A stretch of 24,000 bases of DNA, taken from the NCBI GenBank assembly GCA_947492905.1, contig CANLOL010000001.1:264578-288577 (forward strand), written 5' to 3'. The position numbers and the translations under genes are program-made. Under the pieces are notes generated by a model. It worked only from the letters and a program-made list of their open reading frames with translations, did not search any database and had not been told where the DNA came from. The DNA comes from an uncultured Sphingorhabdus sp. Its GTDB lineage: Bacteria; Pseudomonadota; Alphaproteobacteria; Sphingomonadales; Sphingomonadaceae. This document shows, piece by piece, positions 15,119 to 24,000 of the stretch. The number at the start of each line of letters is the position of its first letter. The stretch's first letter is position 1.

Positions 15119-16030
15119 TTGCGCAATCAATCTTTATGGGCCGCCCTTGCAGTTGTAACAGGGCTAATGACTTTCAGCATTATGGACGTGCTGATGAAGA
15201 GCCTTGCCATAGGTATGGGTACTTATAATGCGCTCATCTGGCGCACGTTGATTGCTGTAATTTTTGCGGTCATATTAATGACCTTCAAACCGTTCAAATG
15301 GCCCAATAAAGAGGCTCTGCGGGTGCATATCATTCGCGGCAGCGTAACATCGGTTATGGCCTTTACCTTTTTCTGGGGTCTTGCCCGAACGCCCATTGCC
15401 GAGGCCATAGCCATTAGCTTTATCGCCCCGCTCATTGCGCTTTATTTATCGGCAATATTGCTGGGTGAAACGATAGAGCGCAAAGCAATCTTTGCATCCA
15501 TCCTTGGCCTTGGCGGTGTCGGCATCATCATAGCCGCCAAAATACAAGGCGAATTTAGCAATGATGCTGGTTGGGGCATTGCTGCAATATTATTTTCTGC
15601 AACCCTCTATGCGTGGAATTTGGTGCTGCAACGCCAACAAGCTTTGGTTGCCAACCCAATCGAAATCGCCACATTCCAAAACAGCATTGTCAGTATGATT
15701 TTGCTGTTATTTGCGCCATGGTTTTTGGAAGTCCCCGATACAAAATTTGCCCCTGAATTAATCGGGGCAGCCTTTTGCGGAGTTATATCCTCTATGTTCA
15801 TCAGTTGGGGTTATGCTCGGGCGCAGGCGCAGGCCCTAGTGCCATTAGAATATAGCATATTCATTTGGGCCTGTTTATTTGGCTGGATCTATTTTAATGA
15901 AAGCGTGACCATAACCACGCTGCTAGGCACATTATTGATCGTCAGCGGGTGCTTAATTGCGACATGGCAGAGAAAACCGCCCCAAGAACCACCCAAAGAA
16001 CCGCACCACCCTATCCCCAATATTGATTAG
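15119..16030 (+). CDS. DMT superfamily (EamA) transporter
   Basis: About 10 TM segments by eye in two EamA-like halves. TTG start 1 nt after the preceding stop. Confidence 0.8.
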   Translation: MRNQSLWAALAVVTGLMTFSIMDVLMKSLAIGMGTYNALIWRTLIAVIFAVILMTFKPFKWPNKEALRVHIIRGSVTSVMAFTFFWGLARTPIAEAIAISFIAPLIALYLSAILLGETIERKAIFASILGLGGVGIIIAAKIQGEFSNDAGWGIAAILFSATLYAWNLVLQRQQALVANPIEIATFQNSIVSMILLLFAPWFLEVPDTKFAPELIGAAFCGVISSMFISWGYARAQAQALVPLEYSIFIWACLFGWIYFNESVTITTLLGTLLIVSGCLIATWQRKPPQEPPKEPHHPIPNID

Positions 16031-18051
16031 GGATTTTCAACAAATGCTGGGTTATGCTTTTGTAGAAATGCCTCTAATCTATTGTACCAATCTATTCTAT
16101 TGTCTTCATCGCTCAGGCCGTGGCCTTCGCCTTCATAGACATGAGTTTCTAATTCTACATTGGCCTTATTGGCGGCCTTTACCATCAATTCATATTGTTT
16201 AAATGGGACGGTTGAATCCGCATCACCATGCGATAGTAAGACAGGGCGTTTCAATCGATGGACTTGCTTAGCTGGTGATACATCATCTAGATCAAAACTC
16301 TTGTCTCCGCGCACAGTTTCTTTCCATGCGCGCGCATGCCTACTGCTAAAAAATTGCTTGTCATATTTTAATTGTTTATCAAATTCGGTAACCCCAGCAA
16401 AGCTAACTGCGCAGCGATAGCGCTCTGGGTTTCGTATCACGCCCCATAATGCCGCATAGCCGCCATAAGATGCGCCCACAATGCAAACACGCGCAGGATC
16501 AACAATAGAGCGCTTCACCAACCAATCCATACCATCGTCTAAATCATCTTGCATTTTACGGCCTATTTGACCTTCGCCCAATTCATAAAATGCTTCCCCA
16601 TAGCTATCAGAGCCACGAAAATTGGGTTGCAAAACAGCATAGCCTCTATTCACCAAAAATTGCACTTGCGGATCATAATCCCCATTATCACGCACGCCAT
16701 AAGGCCCGCCATGGGGCATGATTATTAGAGGCAAATTCTTGGCATCTCGCCCGTTAGGAAGCGTCAAATAGGAATGGATGGTTATTCCATCGCGGGCTTT
16801 ATATTGCACATATTTTGAAACTGACATTTTTTTAGGATCAATATAATCATTCACCCCGCCTATTCTATCCAATACTCCTTCTGCTTTATTGAACAAATAA
16901 TAGCTTCCTGGATCAGTCGAAGAGATTGTATATACAACAGTATAATTTCCATCCCTACTGCGTGATTGCAACCATATCTCTTGACCTGGCAAAGCTTTTT
17001 CCAAACTCTTTTGAATATTTGCTAATTCTTTATCGAACCAGATAATCCGGTCTTTATCTTCGGTGTAATTCACCGATAATAGAGCATCACCTTTGGTGTT
17101 TAAGTGATAATCAGTAATGTCATTGCTTTCATGATAAAAAATCTTTTCACCAATTTCGCCAGTAAAATAATTATATTTATAGAGCGCAAATCGCCCTGTA
17201 TCTTGATTGGACAACACATAGCCTTCGTCACTGTCAGTGACTATGGCATTAAAAGCGAAAAGAGCTTGGCGCGTTTTATCATCAGGGTCCTTAGTGTTGA
17301 TTTTTCCTGTGAGAAAAAATTTCTCATCATTGCTGCGACGATAATAGACTTTAATTTTATGACCAGAAGACGTTAGGCCAATGCGCACAACGCCATTTTT
17401 ATCGGCAAACCAGCTTGTTATTCCCTTTTGTGGTTTCACAATTCTTGTGATGATATTGCCCTTAACATCAACTCGAAAAACGGATGGATTCTGAAAAATC
17501 GACTCTTGCTTGGCTTCTAGGAAATATTCCCCTTCAGGGTCCAAATATAATAAATCTGTCCCCGTAAAAGAGAAACCTTCATGACCAATTGGCATATATG
17601 TGCGATTATCAATATCATAGATGTAGAGGTTATACGCCCTAAAAATACCAGAAACGCGCGTTAATATGCGGCGATTGCCTAGCCATGAAAAAGAGGTGAT
17701 TTCTGATGCTTCAAAACGCTGACCTTTTCGCGTTTTTGTATCTGCTATCACGAGATCAAATGTTTTGCCTTTATTTTCAATATAGGCGATTGAATTACCA
17801 TCGGGTGATATTTTCGGCGATGTAATTTTCTGTGGTGCTGCAAATTTAGCTGCTGAAACCATTCCATTCGGACGATCAGCATATTTTTGCTTCAGCCTCT
17901 CTAATTCGGCTTTATCATCTGCGCTATCAGCAACATCATCACCAGCATTTACCGCCTCTTGAGCCAGCGCATCATTGTATTGCACATGCAAAGGCACAAT
18001 AGTTAGAGCTAAAAAACAAAATAATAATTTATAGAAAAACATACGCTTCAT
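16027..18051 (-). CDS. S9 family prolyl oligopeptidase / dipeptidyl aminopeptidase (secreted)
   Basis: Signal peptide and a beta-propeller-like N-terminal half. The C-terminal hydrolase domain has GASYGGY (GxSxG), LLSHGDADSTVP (Asp) and GEGHGL (His). Confidence 0.9.
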   Translation of the reverse strand: MKRMFFYKLLFCFLALTIVPLHVQYNDALAQEAVNAGDDVADSADDKAELERLKQKYADRPNGMVSAAKFAAPQKITSPKISPDGNSIAYIENKGKTFDLVIADTKTRKGQRFEASEITSFSWLGNRRILTRVSGIFRAYNLYIYDIDNRTYMPIGHEGFSFTGTDLLYLDPEGEYFLEAKQESIFQNPSVFRVDVKGNIITRIVKPQKGITSWFADKNGVVRIGLTSSGHKIKVYYRRSNDEKFFLTGKINTKDPDDKTRQALFAFNAIVTDSDEGYVLSNQDTGRFALYKYNYFTGEIGEKIFYHESNDITDYHLNTKGDALLSVNYTEDKDRIIWFDKELANIQKSLEKALPGQEIWLQSRSRDGNYTVVYTISSTDPGSYYLFNKAEGVLDRIGGVNDYIDPKKMSVSKYVQYKARDGITIHSYLTLPNGRDAKNLPLIIMPHGGPYGVRDNGDYDPQVQFLVNRGYAVLQPNFRGSDSYGEAFYELGEGQIGRKMQDDLDDGMDWLVKRSIVDPARVCIVGASYGGYAALWGVIRNPERYRCAVSFAGVTEFDKQLKYDKQFFSSRHARAWKETVRGDKSFDLDDVSPAKQVHRLKRPVLLSHGDADSTVPFKQYELMVKAANKANVELETHVYEGEGHGLSDEDNRIDWYNRLEAFLQKHNPAFVENP

Positions 18052-18133
18052 TAGCTAAACATATAAATAGCCCAAATTTATACAAGCATTTTATAGAGGC
18101 AATCAATTAAGCCGCTATATTACAGCAGAATGA

Positions 18134-18706
18134 TTATGACCTTAATTTCTTATTCGCTCTCCACTGCGCTTTGCTCTGCCCCCAATTATTCACCTCTATA
18201 TCAGCATAAGGAGCGGGCATGCGCGTAGGGCCGCGATTGGTTGATCCCAATGCCGCTGCCAATTTCTCTGAGGGTTTATTGCGCGGATTAATGCAGTGCA
18301 TGACATCATCCCATCCCAGAACATCAAAAGCATAATCTATGCTCGCAACAGCCGCTTCATAAGCATAGCCTTTTCCAGCAAATTCGCTGGCAACGCCCCA
18401 GCCTACTTCGGTACCGGGCCAGCTATCGGGTTGCCACGGGCCGACACGGCCAATCCATTGGTTGCTCTCTTTCAATATTAGGGAAAACATAGTGAAACCG
18501 CGAATATAATAAGCCCCACTCATGCCGCATAAACCACGCCATGCAGCGCTGCGTTCTTGCACGCCGCCCAAATGTTCCATGGTGATTGAATCGGCATGAA
18601 AATCGGCCCAAGCTTCAAAATCTTCTGCATTGGGGATACGCAAGATTAAGCGCTCAGTCTCTAATATAGGGCCATCTATCTTTGGCAAATTTTCTGTTTC
18701 AATCAT
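18134..18706 (-). CDS. GNAT family N-acetyltransferase (RimJ/RimL-like, Acetyltransf_3)
   Basis: TERLILRIPNAEDFEAW at the N-terminus and the acetyl-CoA motif EFAGKGYAYEAAVASIDYAF. Confidence 0.8.
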   Translation of the reverse strand: MIETENLPKIDGPILETERLILRIPNAEDFEAWADFHADSITMEHLGGVQERSAAWRGLCGMSGAYYIRGFTMFSLILKESNQWIGRVGPWQPDSWPGTEVGWGVASEFAGKGYAYEAAVASIDYAFDVLGWDDVMHCINPRNKPSEKLAAALGSTNRGPTRMPAPYADIEVNNWGQSKAQWRANKKLRS

Positions 18707-18791
18707 CTTATCATCCTCAATATCTTATCTTGTACTTAACTGTAAAAAGGCGCAGAGGCTATAAAGATATTCATGCAACACTATAGGAGCG

Positions 18792-19697
18792 GTGAGGATG
18801 GAAAATAGCGCACGCAGCGGCCTGCTCCAAGCGATTGCAGCCTATATTATTTGGGGTTTTATGCCCCTATTTTTCAAACAATTGGTTGATATTAACCCGC
18901 TTGTCGTGGTGGCGCACCGCACGATATGGGCCGTAATATTGCTCATTATAGTATTAGCAATCGTCAAAAGATTGCCCGAATATAAGATTATATTTCAAAC
19001 GCCCAATTTGCTGCGCGCGCTAATATTGTCATCTCTGCTCATCGCGATCAATTGGCTGGTCTATATTTGGTCGGTGCAAAATGATCATATTTTAGCGGCC
19101 AGCCTTGGCTATTATCTCAACCCCTTGCTCAATGTTGTGCTGGGCTTTTTCATCCTAAAAGAACGGCTCAACCGATGGCAAATATTGTCGGTGATATTGG
19201 CGCTTGCGGGGGTCTTAGTCTTGGCCACTGGTTCGCTGAGTACATTATGGATCAGCTTAATTTTAGCAGGATCATTTGGATGCTATGGTCTGGTGCGCAA
19301 ATTAACCCCCGTTGGTTCAATTCCAGGACTAGCGGCAGAGACAACTATGCTGATGCCGATTGGGATATGTTTTTTAATCTATACGCAATTTGTCGGCGGG
19401 TTTAACGGCATGGGATATTCCACAAAGACAGATATATTCCTTATCCTAGGGGGAACTATGACGGCTATACCATTGCTGTTTTTTGCCGCTGCTGCTAAAA
19501 AATTAAGCTATACGACATTGGGTTTCATTCAATATATTGGGCCTAGCATCCAATTGCTATTGGCGATATTTCTCTATAATGAACCGCTAACCCTGCCCTA
19601 TGCTATTTGCTTCACACTCATCTGGATTGCGCTCGCGGTATATTCCATCAATGGATATATGCTCAGTAAATCTCTAGCCCAACAGAGCAAAATATAA
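18792..19697 (+). CDS. rarD: EamA-family transporter RarD
   Basis: GLLQAIAAYIIWGFMPLFFK is the RarD N-terminal signature. About 10 TM segments by eye. ATG 18798 is an alternative start. Confidence 0.85.
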   Translation: MRMENSARSGLLQAIAAYIIWGFMPLFFKQLVDINPLVVVAHRTIWAVILLIIVLAIVKRLPEYKIIFQTPNLLRALILSSLLIAINWLVYIWSVQNDHILAASLGYYLNPLLNVVLGFFILKERLNRWQILSVILALAGVLVLATGSLSTLWISLILAGSFGCYGLVRKLTPVGSIPGLAAETTMLMPIGICFLIYTQFVGGFNGMGYSTKTDIFLILGGTMTAIPLLFFAAAAKKLSYTTLGFIQYIGPSIQLLLAIFLYNEPLTLPYAICFTLIWIALAVYSINGYMLSKSLAQQSKI

Positions 19698-19739
19698 ATC
19701 TTTATGGCAATTTGAACCAATCATCGCCATATTGAAATA

Positions 19740-20492
19740 ATGCAAAATACAGTTTTTACCCAACGCGCTCTTATTCGCATTTCTTCCCTCGAACAGGGTG
19801 AAGATGCACGTGCTTTTTTACAAGGGCTTGTCACCCAAGATTTGAATAAGGTGCTCCATGATACCCCCCAATGGGGAGCATTATTATCCCCGCAGGGCAA
19901 ATGCCTGTTTGATTTCATATTATGGGCCGCCAAAGGCGAATTTGGCGATGATATATTAATCGACTGCCAGCGCGATAGTGCCGGAGATTTGGCAAAAAAG
20001 TTAATGCTCTATCGCTTGCGCCGCAAGCTACGCATCGAACGCGAAGAGATTTTATGCGTGCATTGGGCGCTTGATGCTGCGGATAAACCCAAAGACCCGC
20101 GTTTGGATGCATTGGGCCAACGCTGGCTAGCGCCGTTTGTTAGCGGCGATGAAGGCATTGATGATGCGTTTCGCAATCATCGATTATCGCTTGGCGTGTG
20201 CGAAGGCACAGATGAATTGGGCAACGATAAAATCCTCTGGTTGGAATGTAATGCAATAGAATTAAACGGCGTGTCGTTTGAAAAAGGATGTTATATCGGC
20301 CAAGAAAATACCGCACGCATGAATTACCGCAACAAAGTCAATCGCCGTATTGTCTGTGTTCCAATCGAACAAGCCAATGCAAAACGGCAAATCACTGTGG
20401 TGGGCAATCTATCCATTGAACATCGCAAGATTGATGATTTAGCCGATGCACTTATTCCCGACTGGCTGGCTTTGGAAACCACAGAAGCATGA
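19740..20492 (+). CDS. ygfZ: Folate-binding YgfZ-family protein (Fe-S cluster repair / tRNA modification associated)
   Basis: Diagnostic KGCYIGQE motif (EKGCYIGQENTARM) and GcvT-like N-terminal region. Confidence 0.85.
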   Translation: MQNTVFTQRALIRISSLEQGEDARAFLQGLVTQDLNKVLHDTPQWGALLSPQGKCLFDFILWAAKGEFGDDILIDCQRDSAGDLAKKLMLYRLRRKLRIEREEILCVHWALDAADKPKDPRLDALGQRWLAPFVSGDEGIDDAFRNHRLSLGVCEGTDELGNDKILWLECNAIELNGVSFEKGCYIGQENTARMNYRNKVNRRIVCVPIEQANAKRQITVVGNLSIEHRKIDDLADALIPDWLALETTEA

Positions 20493-21064
20493 GCACATTA
20501 GGCGCAGATGGGAAAATACGTTGTTTCGGCGGACAAGCAGGCAAAGAATTTTACGGTGATTATCATGATGATGAATGGGGCGTGCCCGTTCATGATGACC
20601 AGCATTTGTTTGAAATGCTCATCCTCGAAGGCGCACAGGCGGGCCTAAGCTGGGAGACGGTTTTGCGAAAACGCGATGGCTATCGCACAGCCTTTCATGG
20701 TTTTGACATAGAGAAATGCGCACAGATGAGCGATGCTGAATGCGAAGCCCTGCGTGAAAACCCCGATATTATTCGCAACAGATTAAAAATATATTCGGTG
20801 CGCAAAAATGCAAAGGCTTTCCTTGAAATTCAGCAAGAATTTGGCAGTTTCGAGCGCTGGCTCTGGGCCCATGTGGATGGCAAACCTATCATATTACGGC
20901 CCAAGGGCTTTGATGATCTCACCGTCACATCCCATATTAGCGATACTATTTCCAAAGCGCTCAAAAAACGCGGGATGAGCTTTGTCGGCAGCACCATCAT
21001 CTATGCCTATATGCAAGCCGTTGGCATGGTGAATGAACATATTGCCGATTGCTGGAAAGCTTAA
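20489..21064 (+). CDS. tag: DNA-3-methyladenine glycosylase I
   Basis: YHDDEWGVPVHDDQHLFEMLILEGAQAGLSW is a near-canonical Tag signature. C-terminal zinc ligands (...H..DC). ATGA overlap with ygfZ. Confidence 0.92.
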   Translation: MSTLGADGKIRCFGGQAGKEFYGDYHDDEWGVPVHDDQHLFEMLILEGAQAGLSWETVLRKRDGYRTAFHGFDIEKCAQMSDAECEALRENPDIIRNRLKIYSVRKNAKAFLEIQQEFGSFERWLWAHVDGKPIILRPKGFDDLTVTSHISDTISKALKKRGMSFVGSTIIYAYMQAVGMVNEHIADCWKA

Positions 21065-21076
21065 GAGGATAGCATC

Positions 21077-21697
21077 ATGAGCTGGATTAAAGTGATTTCA
21101 TATGCCGAGAGCAAAGGCAAATTGCGCAAGCTTTATGACCGCGTCAAAGGCCCTGATGATAATGTCGATAATATCATGATGGCCCATAGCCTGCGTCCGC
21201 ACAGCATGGAGGGGCATATGGCAATCTATAAATATATATTACACCATAGCGGCAATGATCTGCCCAAATATTTCCTCGAAATGCTCGGCACATGGGTTAG
21301 CATGCTCAACCAATGCGACTATTGCGCAGAGCATCATTTTGCCGGCATGAAGCGTTTGATGGCGCAAATGGACAATGGCGAAGCAAAAGCCGATGCTATC
21401 TATAGTGCGCTCAAATTTAATGATCTTGCCAATGATATATTCACGCCCGCCGATCGCGCGGCGCTCTATTATGCGCGCACGCTTACTCTGCAGCCCTCGG
21501 CCCTCACCGAAAAATCTATCCAACCTCTGCGCGATGCGGGATATGATGATGGCGCAATATTAGAGATTAACCAAGTCAGCGCTTATTTCAGCTATGCCAA
21601 TCGCACGGTCCTTGGCCTTGGTGTGAATACCGATGGCGATGTGCTAGGCCTGTCCCCAAACAATAGCGACAATCCCGATGATTGGGGGCATAGGTAA
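21077..21697 (+). CDS. Carboxymuconolactone decarboxylase / AhpD-core family peroxidase-related protein
   Basis: CDYCAEHH (CxxC-x-H motif of the AhpD/CMD core) and NQVSAYFSYANR in the second half. Confidence 0.7.
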   Translation: MSWIKVISYAESKGKLRKLYDRVKGPDDNVDNIMMAHSLRPHSMEGHMAIYKYILHHSGNDLPKYFLEMLGTWVSMLNQCDYCAEHHFAGMKRLMAQMDNGEAKADAIYSALKFNDLANDIFTPADRAALYYARTLTLQPSALTEKSIQPLRDAGYDDGAILEINQVSAYFSYANRTVLGLGVNTDGDVLGLSPNNSDNPDDWGHR

Positions 21698-21698
21698 A

Positions 21699-22949
21699 TC
21701 ACCCCATCGCATCATAATCAATCGGCTGATGGTGATCGATAAATGCATTGGCCTCTGGCATTGGATATTTAAGGCCCGTTGCGCAGTTGAAAAATATCGC
21801 TTTATCCTGCGCATCTATCAATCCGCGTTCCAATGACAATTCCCAAGCCGCAACGGTCGCCGCGCCTTCAGGACAGAGCAATAACCCATCCGCAGCGGCA
21901 ATACGATCGCGCACCTCAAAAATCGCGGCATCATCCACTGCAATAGCAAAGCCATTCGATTCCCGCACTGCATCAAGGATTAGAAAATCACCAATTGCCG
22001 CTGGTACCCTTATCCCCGCTGCGGCCGTATGCGCATCTTTGATAGGCTCTGCATGGCGCGCGCCAGCCTCAAACGCATTGACTATTGGGGCGCACCCCGT
22101 AGCTTGGACAGCAATCATTTTCGGGCGCTTTGATCCAATAAATCCGATTTTTTCTAACTCATCAAACGCCTTCCACATGCCGATAAGCCCTGTGCCGCCG
22201 CCGGTGGGATAGAATATGACATCGGGCAATTCCCAATCAAGCTGCTCGGCAAGTTCAAGCCCCATCGTTTTCTTACCTTCGATTCGGTAGGGCTCTTTTA
22301 AGGTCGAGAGATTGAACCAGCCTTTGGCCTCTTCGCCGTCTGCAACAATATGCCCGCAATCATTGATAAATCCATTCACGCGCCATGTTTTCGCACCTTG
22401 CAGGGCAATCTCACGCACATTGACCTCGGGCGTATCATCGGGGCAAAAAACATAAGTCTCTATACCTGCCGCGCTGCAATAGGCCGCAAGCGCTGCCCCT
22501 GCGTTCCCATTGGTCGGCATCGCAATTTTTTTGATACCTAGGGCCTTTGCCATTGATACTGCCATCACCAATCCGCGTGCTTTGAACGAACCCGTGGGCA
22601 AGCGTCCTTCATCTTTTACCAATAGATTAGCAGCATGCGCGCCATGTTTTTTGGCCAGAGAAGGAAGCGGAATAAGCGGTGTCGCAATTTCACCTAAGCT
22701 GACAATATTCGCCGCATCACGCACAGGCAATAATTCGCGCCAACGCCACATATCCATGGGGCGAGATTTCAAAATATCCTTGGTCAATGCTGCTTTCACA
22801 CCATCCAAATCATAGCGCACCAGCAGCGGTTTGCCCGCTTTGGATAGGCCATGAATTTCATCGGGCGGATAGCTATCGCCTTCATAACCGCACTCAAGAT
22901 GCGTTACAAAAGAAGGGCGTTTTTCGGTTAAATTCAGATCATAGGTCAT
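21699..22949 (-). CDS. thrC: Threonine synthase family PLP-dependent enzyme
   Basis: PLP lysine motif PTGSFKARG, glycine loop PTGGGTGLIG, and 416 aa, typical of the short ThrC class. Related activities are not excluded. Confidence 0.7.
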   Translation of the reverse strand: MTYDLNLTEKRPSFVTHLECGYEGDSYPPDEIHGLSKAGKPLLVRYDLDGVKAALTKDILKSRPMDMWRWRELLPVRDAANIVSLGEIATPLIPLPSLAKKHGAHAANLLVKDEGRLPTGSFKARGLVMAVSMAKALGIKKIAMPTNGNAGAALAAYCSAAGIETYVFCPDDTPEVNVREIALQGAKTWRVNGFINDCGHIVADGEEAKGWFNLSTLKEPYRIEGKKTMGLELAEQLDWELPDVIFYPTGGGTGLIGMWKAFDELEKIGFIGSKRPKMIAVQATGCAPIVNAFEAGARHAEPIKDAHTAAAGIRVPAAIGDFLILDAVRESNGFAIAVDDAAIFEVRDRIAAADGLLLCPEGAATVAAWELSLERGLIDAQDKAIFFNCATGLKYPMPEANAFIDHHQPIDYDAMG

Positions 22950-23008
22950 GGGGGGAGTCCTTATTATATAGGGCGTTACATAATGACTAGCATCGGCATT
23001 GGGAAGAT

Positions 23009-23042
23009 AAAAAAAGGGCGGTAGAATTGCTCCTACCGCCCT
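23009..23042 (-). terminator. Rho-independent terminator of the TonB-dependent receptor gene
   Basis: On the minus strand: AGGGCGGTAG-gagcaatt-CTACCGCCCT followed by TTTTTTTA. It starts 22 nt after the receptor stop codon. Confidence 0.8.
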
Positions 23043-23063
23043 CTAATCTCATATATTTCTATA

Positions 23064-24000
23064 TTAGAAACGTAGTCTCGCTGTAACAGAGAAACGACGG
23101 CCCAATGGATCATATGTTGATGGGAATGTGTTACCGCTGTTGAAAGCAGTTGAACCAATGTCACTACCTACAACTGTTGGATCATTGTCAAACAAGTTCA
23201 ATACAGCAAGAGTAACTTCTATATTATCTGTTGCTTGCGCACGGACTGTAAAGTCGAAATAATGTTCAGCATCAATTACAGTGAAGTCAGTAAATGGTGA
23301 ACCTGCAACTGCACCTGGGCTACCTGGTGAACCCAAGAACATGCCATTCTCAAATACTTCTGGTTCCAATTCTACTCCATCAATGTAACGCCATAGAAGC
23401 GATACATCAAAGTCATCAAATTGTAGCGTCGCACGGTTGTTGAAGGAAAGCTCAGGTTGAATTGAACCACAGTTAGAGCTGAAGAAACCAACACATTCAC
23501 GGTCAATTGCAGCAGGATTCGCTTGGAACCTGCTAGAATTTGTCCAGTTACCGTTTACGCTTAGGTTTAGACCAGCAAAACCAAGATCCGTGTTGTAATT
23601 AATCGCAAGATCAATACCATCCGTATTAATTTCACCCAAGTTTGAGCTTTGCGTAATGAAACCAGGTGTACTTGCTACTGGACCAGCAACAGCACCAGTA
23701 TCAGCATTACGTTGGATCAACTGACAAGCTGCCGAACCTGCAGCGCCTGCAGGTAGGTTAGGTGCACCACCTGCACCAGCGCCTGCACCAAAGCATGATG
23801 CAATAATATCATCTTCACTAGGAGCACTAACCGCACCTGTGAGGTTGATGTTATAATAATCAGCCGTGATTGACAAACCTGGTACCGCAGCTGGTTGGAA
23901 AATAAAACCAATTGTGTAGGTGTCAGCTGTTTCTGCATCTAGATTTGGATTACCACCAAATGTAACATTTACCTGACCAGCAATATCAGCAGGAACAGGC
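23064..24000 (-). CDS. TonB-dependent receptor, C-terminal beta-barrel portion (5' end beyond the window)
   Basis: The frame stays open to the window edge (...PVPADIAGQVNVTFGGNPNLDAETADTYTIGFIFQPAAVPGLSITADYYNINL...). The FGGNPNL block and the terminal ...GRRFSVTARLRF with a C-terminal Phe are classic TBDR features. The TTG at 23876 in the ORF track is internal. Confidence 0.9.
   Translation of the reverse strand, partial: PVPADIAGQVNVTFGGNPNLDAETADTYTIGFIFQPAAVPGLSITADYYNINLTGAVSAPSEDDIIASCFGAGAGAGGAPNLPAGAAGSAACQLIQRNADTGAVAGPVASTPGFITQSSNLGEINTDGIDLAINYNTDLGFAGLNLSVNGNWTNSSRFQANPAAIDRECVGFFSSNCGSIQPELSFNNRATLQFDDFDVSLLWRYIDGVELEPEVFENGMFLGSPGSPGAVAGSPFTDFTVIDAEHYFDFTVRAQATDNIEVTLAVLNLFDNDPTVVGSDIGSTAFNSGNTFPSTYDPLGRRFSVTARLRF

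Noticed and set aside
21748-22212. 154-aa plus-strand ORF inside the threonine synthase gene. Similar long antisense ORFs occur at 22510-22815, 7165-7452, 7386-7667, 9739-10026, 1811-2134, 3085-3396 and 4081-4455.
   Set aside because: They lie antisense to, or heavily overlap, strongly supported CDSs. Their composition is low-complexity and Ala/Ser/Arg/Pro-rich, as expected of shadow frames, and they have no recognisable motifs.
1-24000. Search for CRISPR arrays, rRNA/tRNA genes, long tandem repeats and IS elements.
   Set aside because: I noticed no regularly spaced short repeats, no conserved rRNA or tRNA sequence and no transposase-like ORF. The only repeat structure found is the 764-bp tandem gene duplication at 4091-5547.

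Overview
The window looks like an alphaproteobacterial-type chromosomal segment of moderate to low GC. Support for that: obg-proB linkage, ispG, rarD, ygfZ, tag, thrC-like and a TonB-dependent receptor. It is mostly ordinary housekeeping and accessory metabolism, densely packed on both strands, with many ATGA or 4-nt start/stop overlaps. I saw no rRNA, tRNA, CRISPR array, transposase or integrase. Three places are not explained by ordinary annotation. (1) An AT-rich islet at about 12668-14600, just downstream of ispG. It holds a near-consensus orphan promoter driving a roughly 145-nt non-coding transcript that ends in a strong bidirectional terminator. The stop codon of a convergent, solitary BECR-fold (PBECR-like) putative RNase gene is embedded in that terminator. 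A divergent HExxH lipoprotein gene follows. I rate this the best candidate for an undescribed toxin/RNA-regulator or conflict module. (2) A small XRE-family HTH gene is translationally coupled to two tandemly duplicated 6-TM membrane-protein genes. The duplication scar retains the 3' end of the HTH gene, and palindromic operators sit upstream. (3) A tightly overlapping minus-strand operon encodes a periplasmic isoaspartyl peptidase, an AT-rich orphan lipoprotein, a METTL7-like methyltransferase and a solitary carboxyltransferase. All family assignments come from motif recognition by eye and need HMM or structure confirmation.
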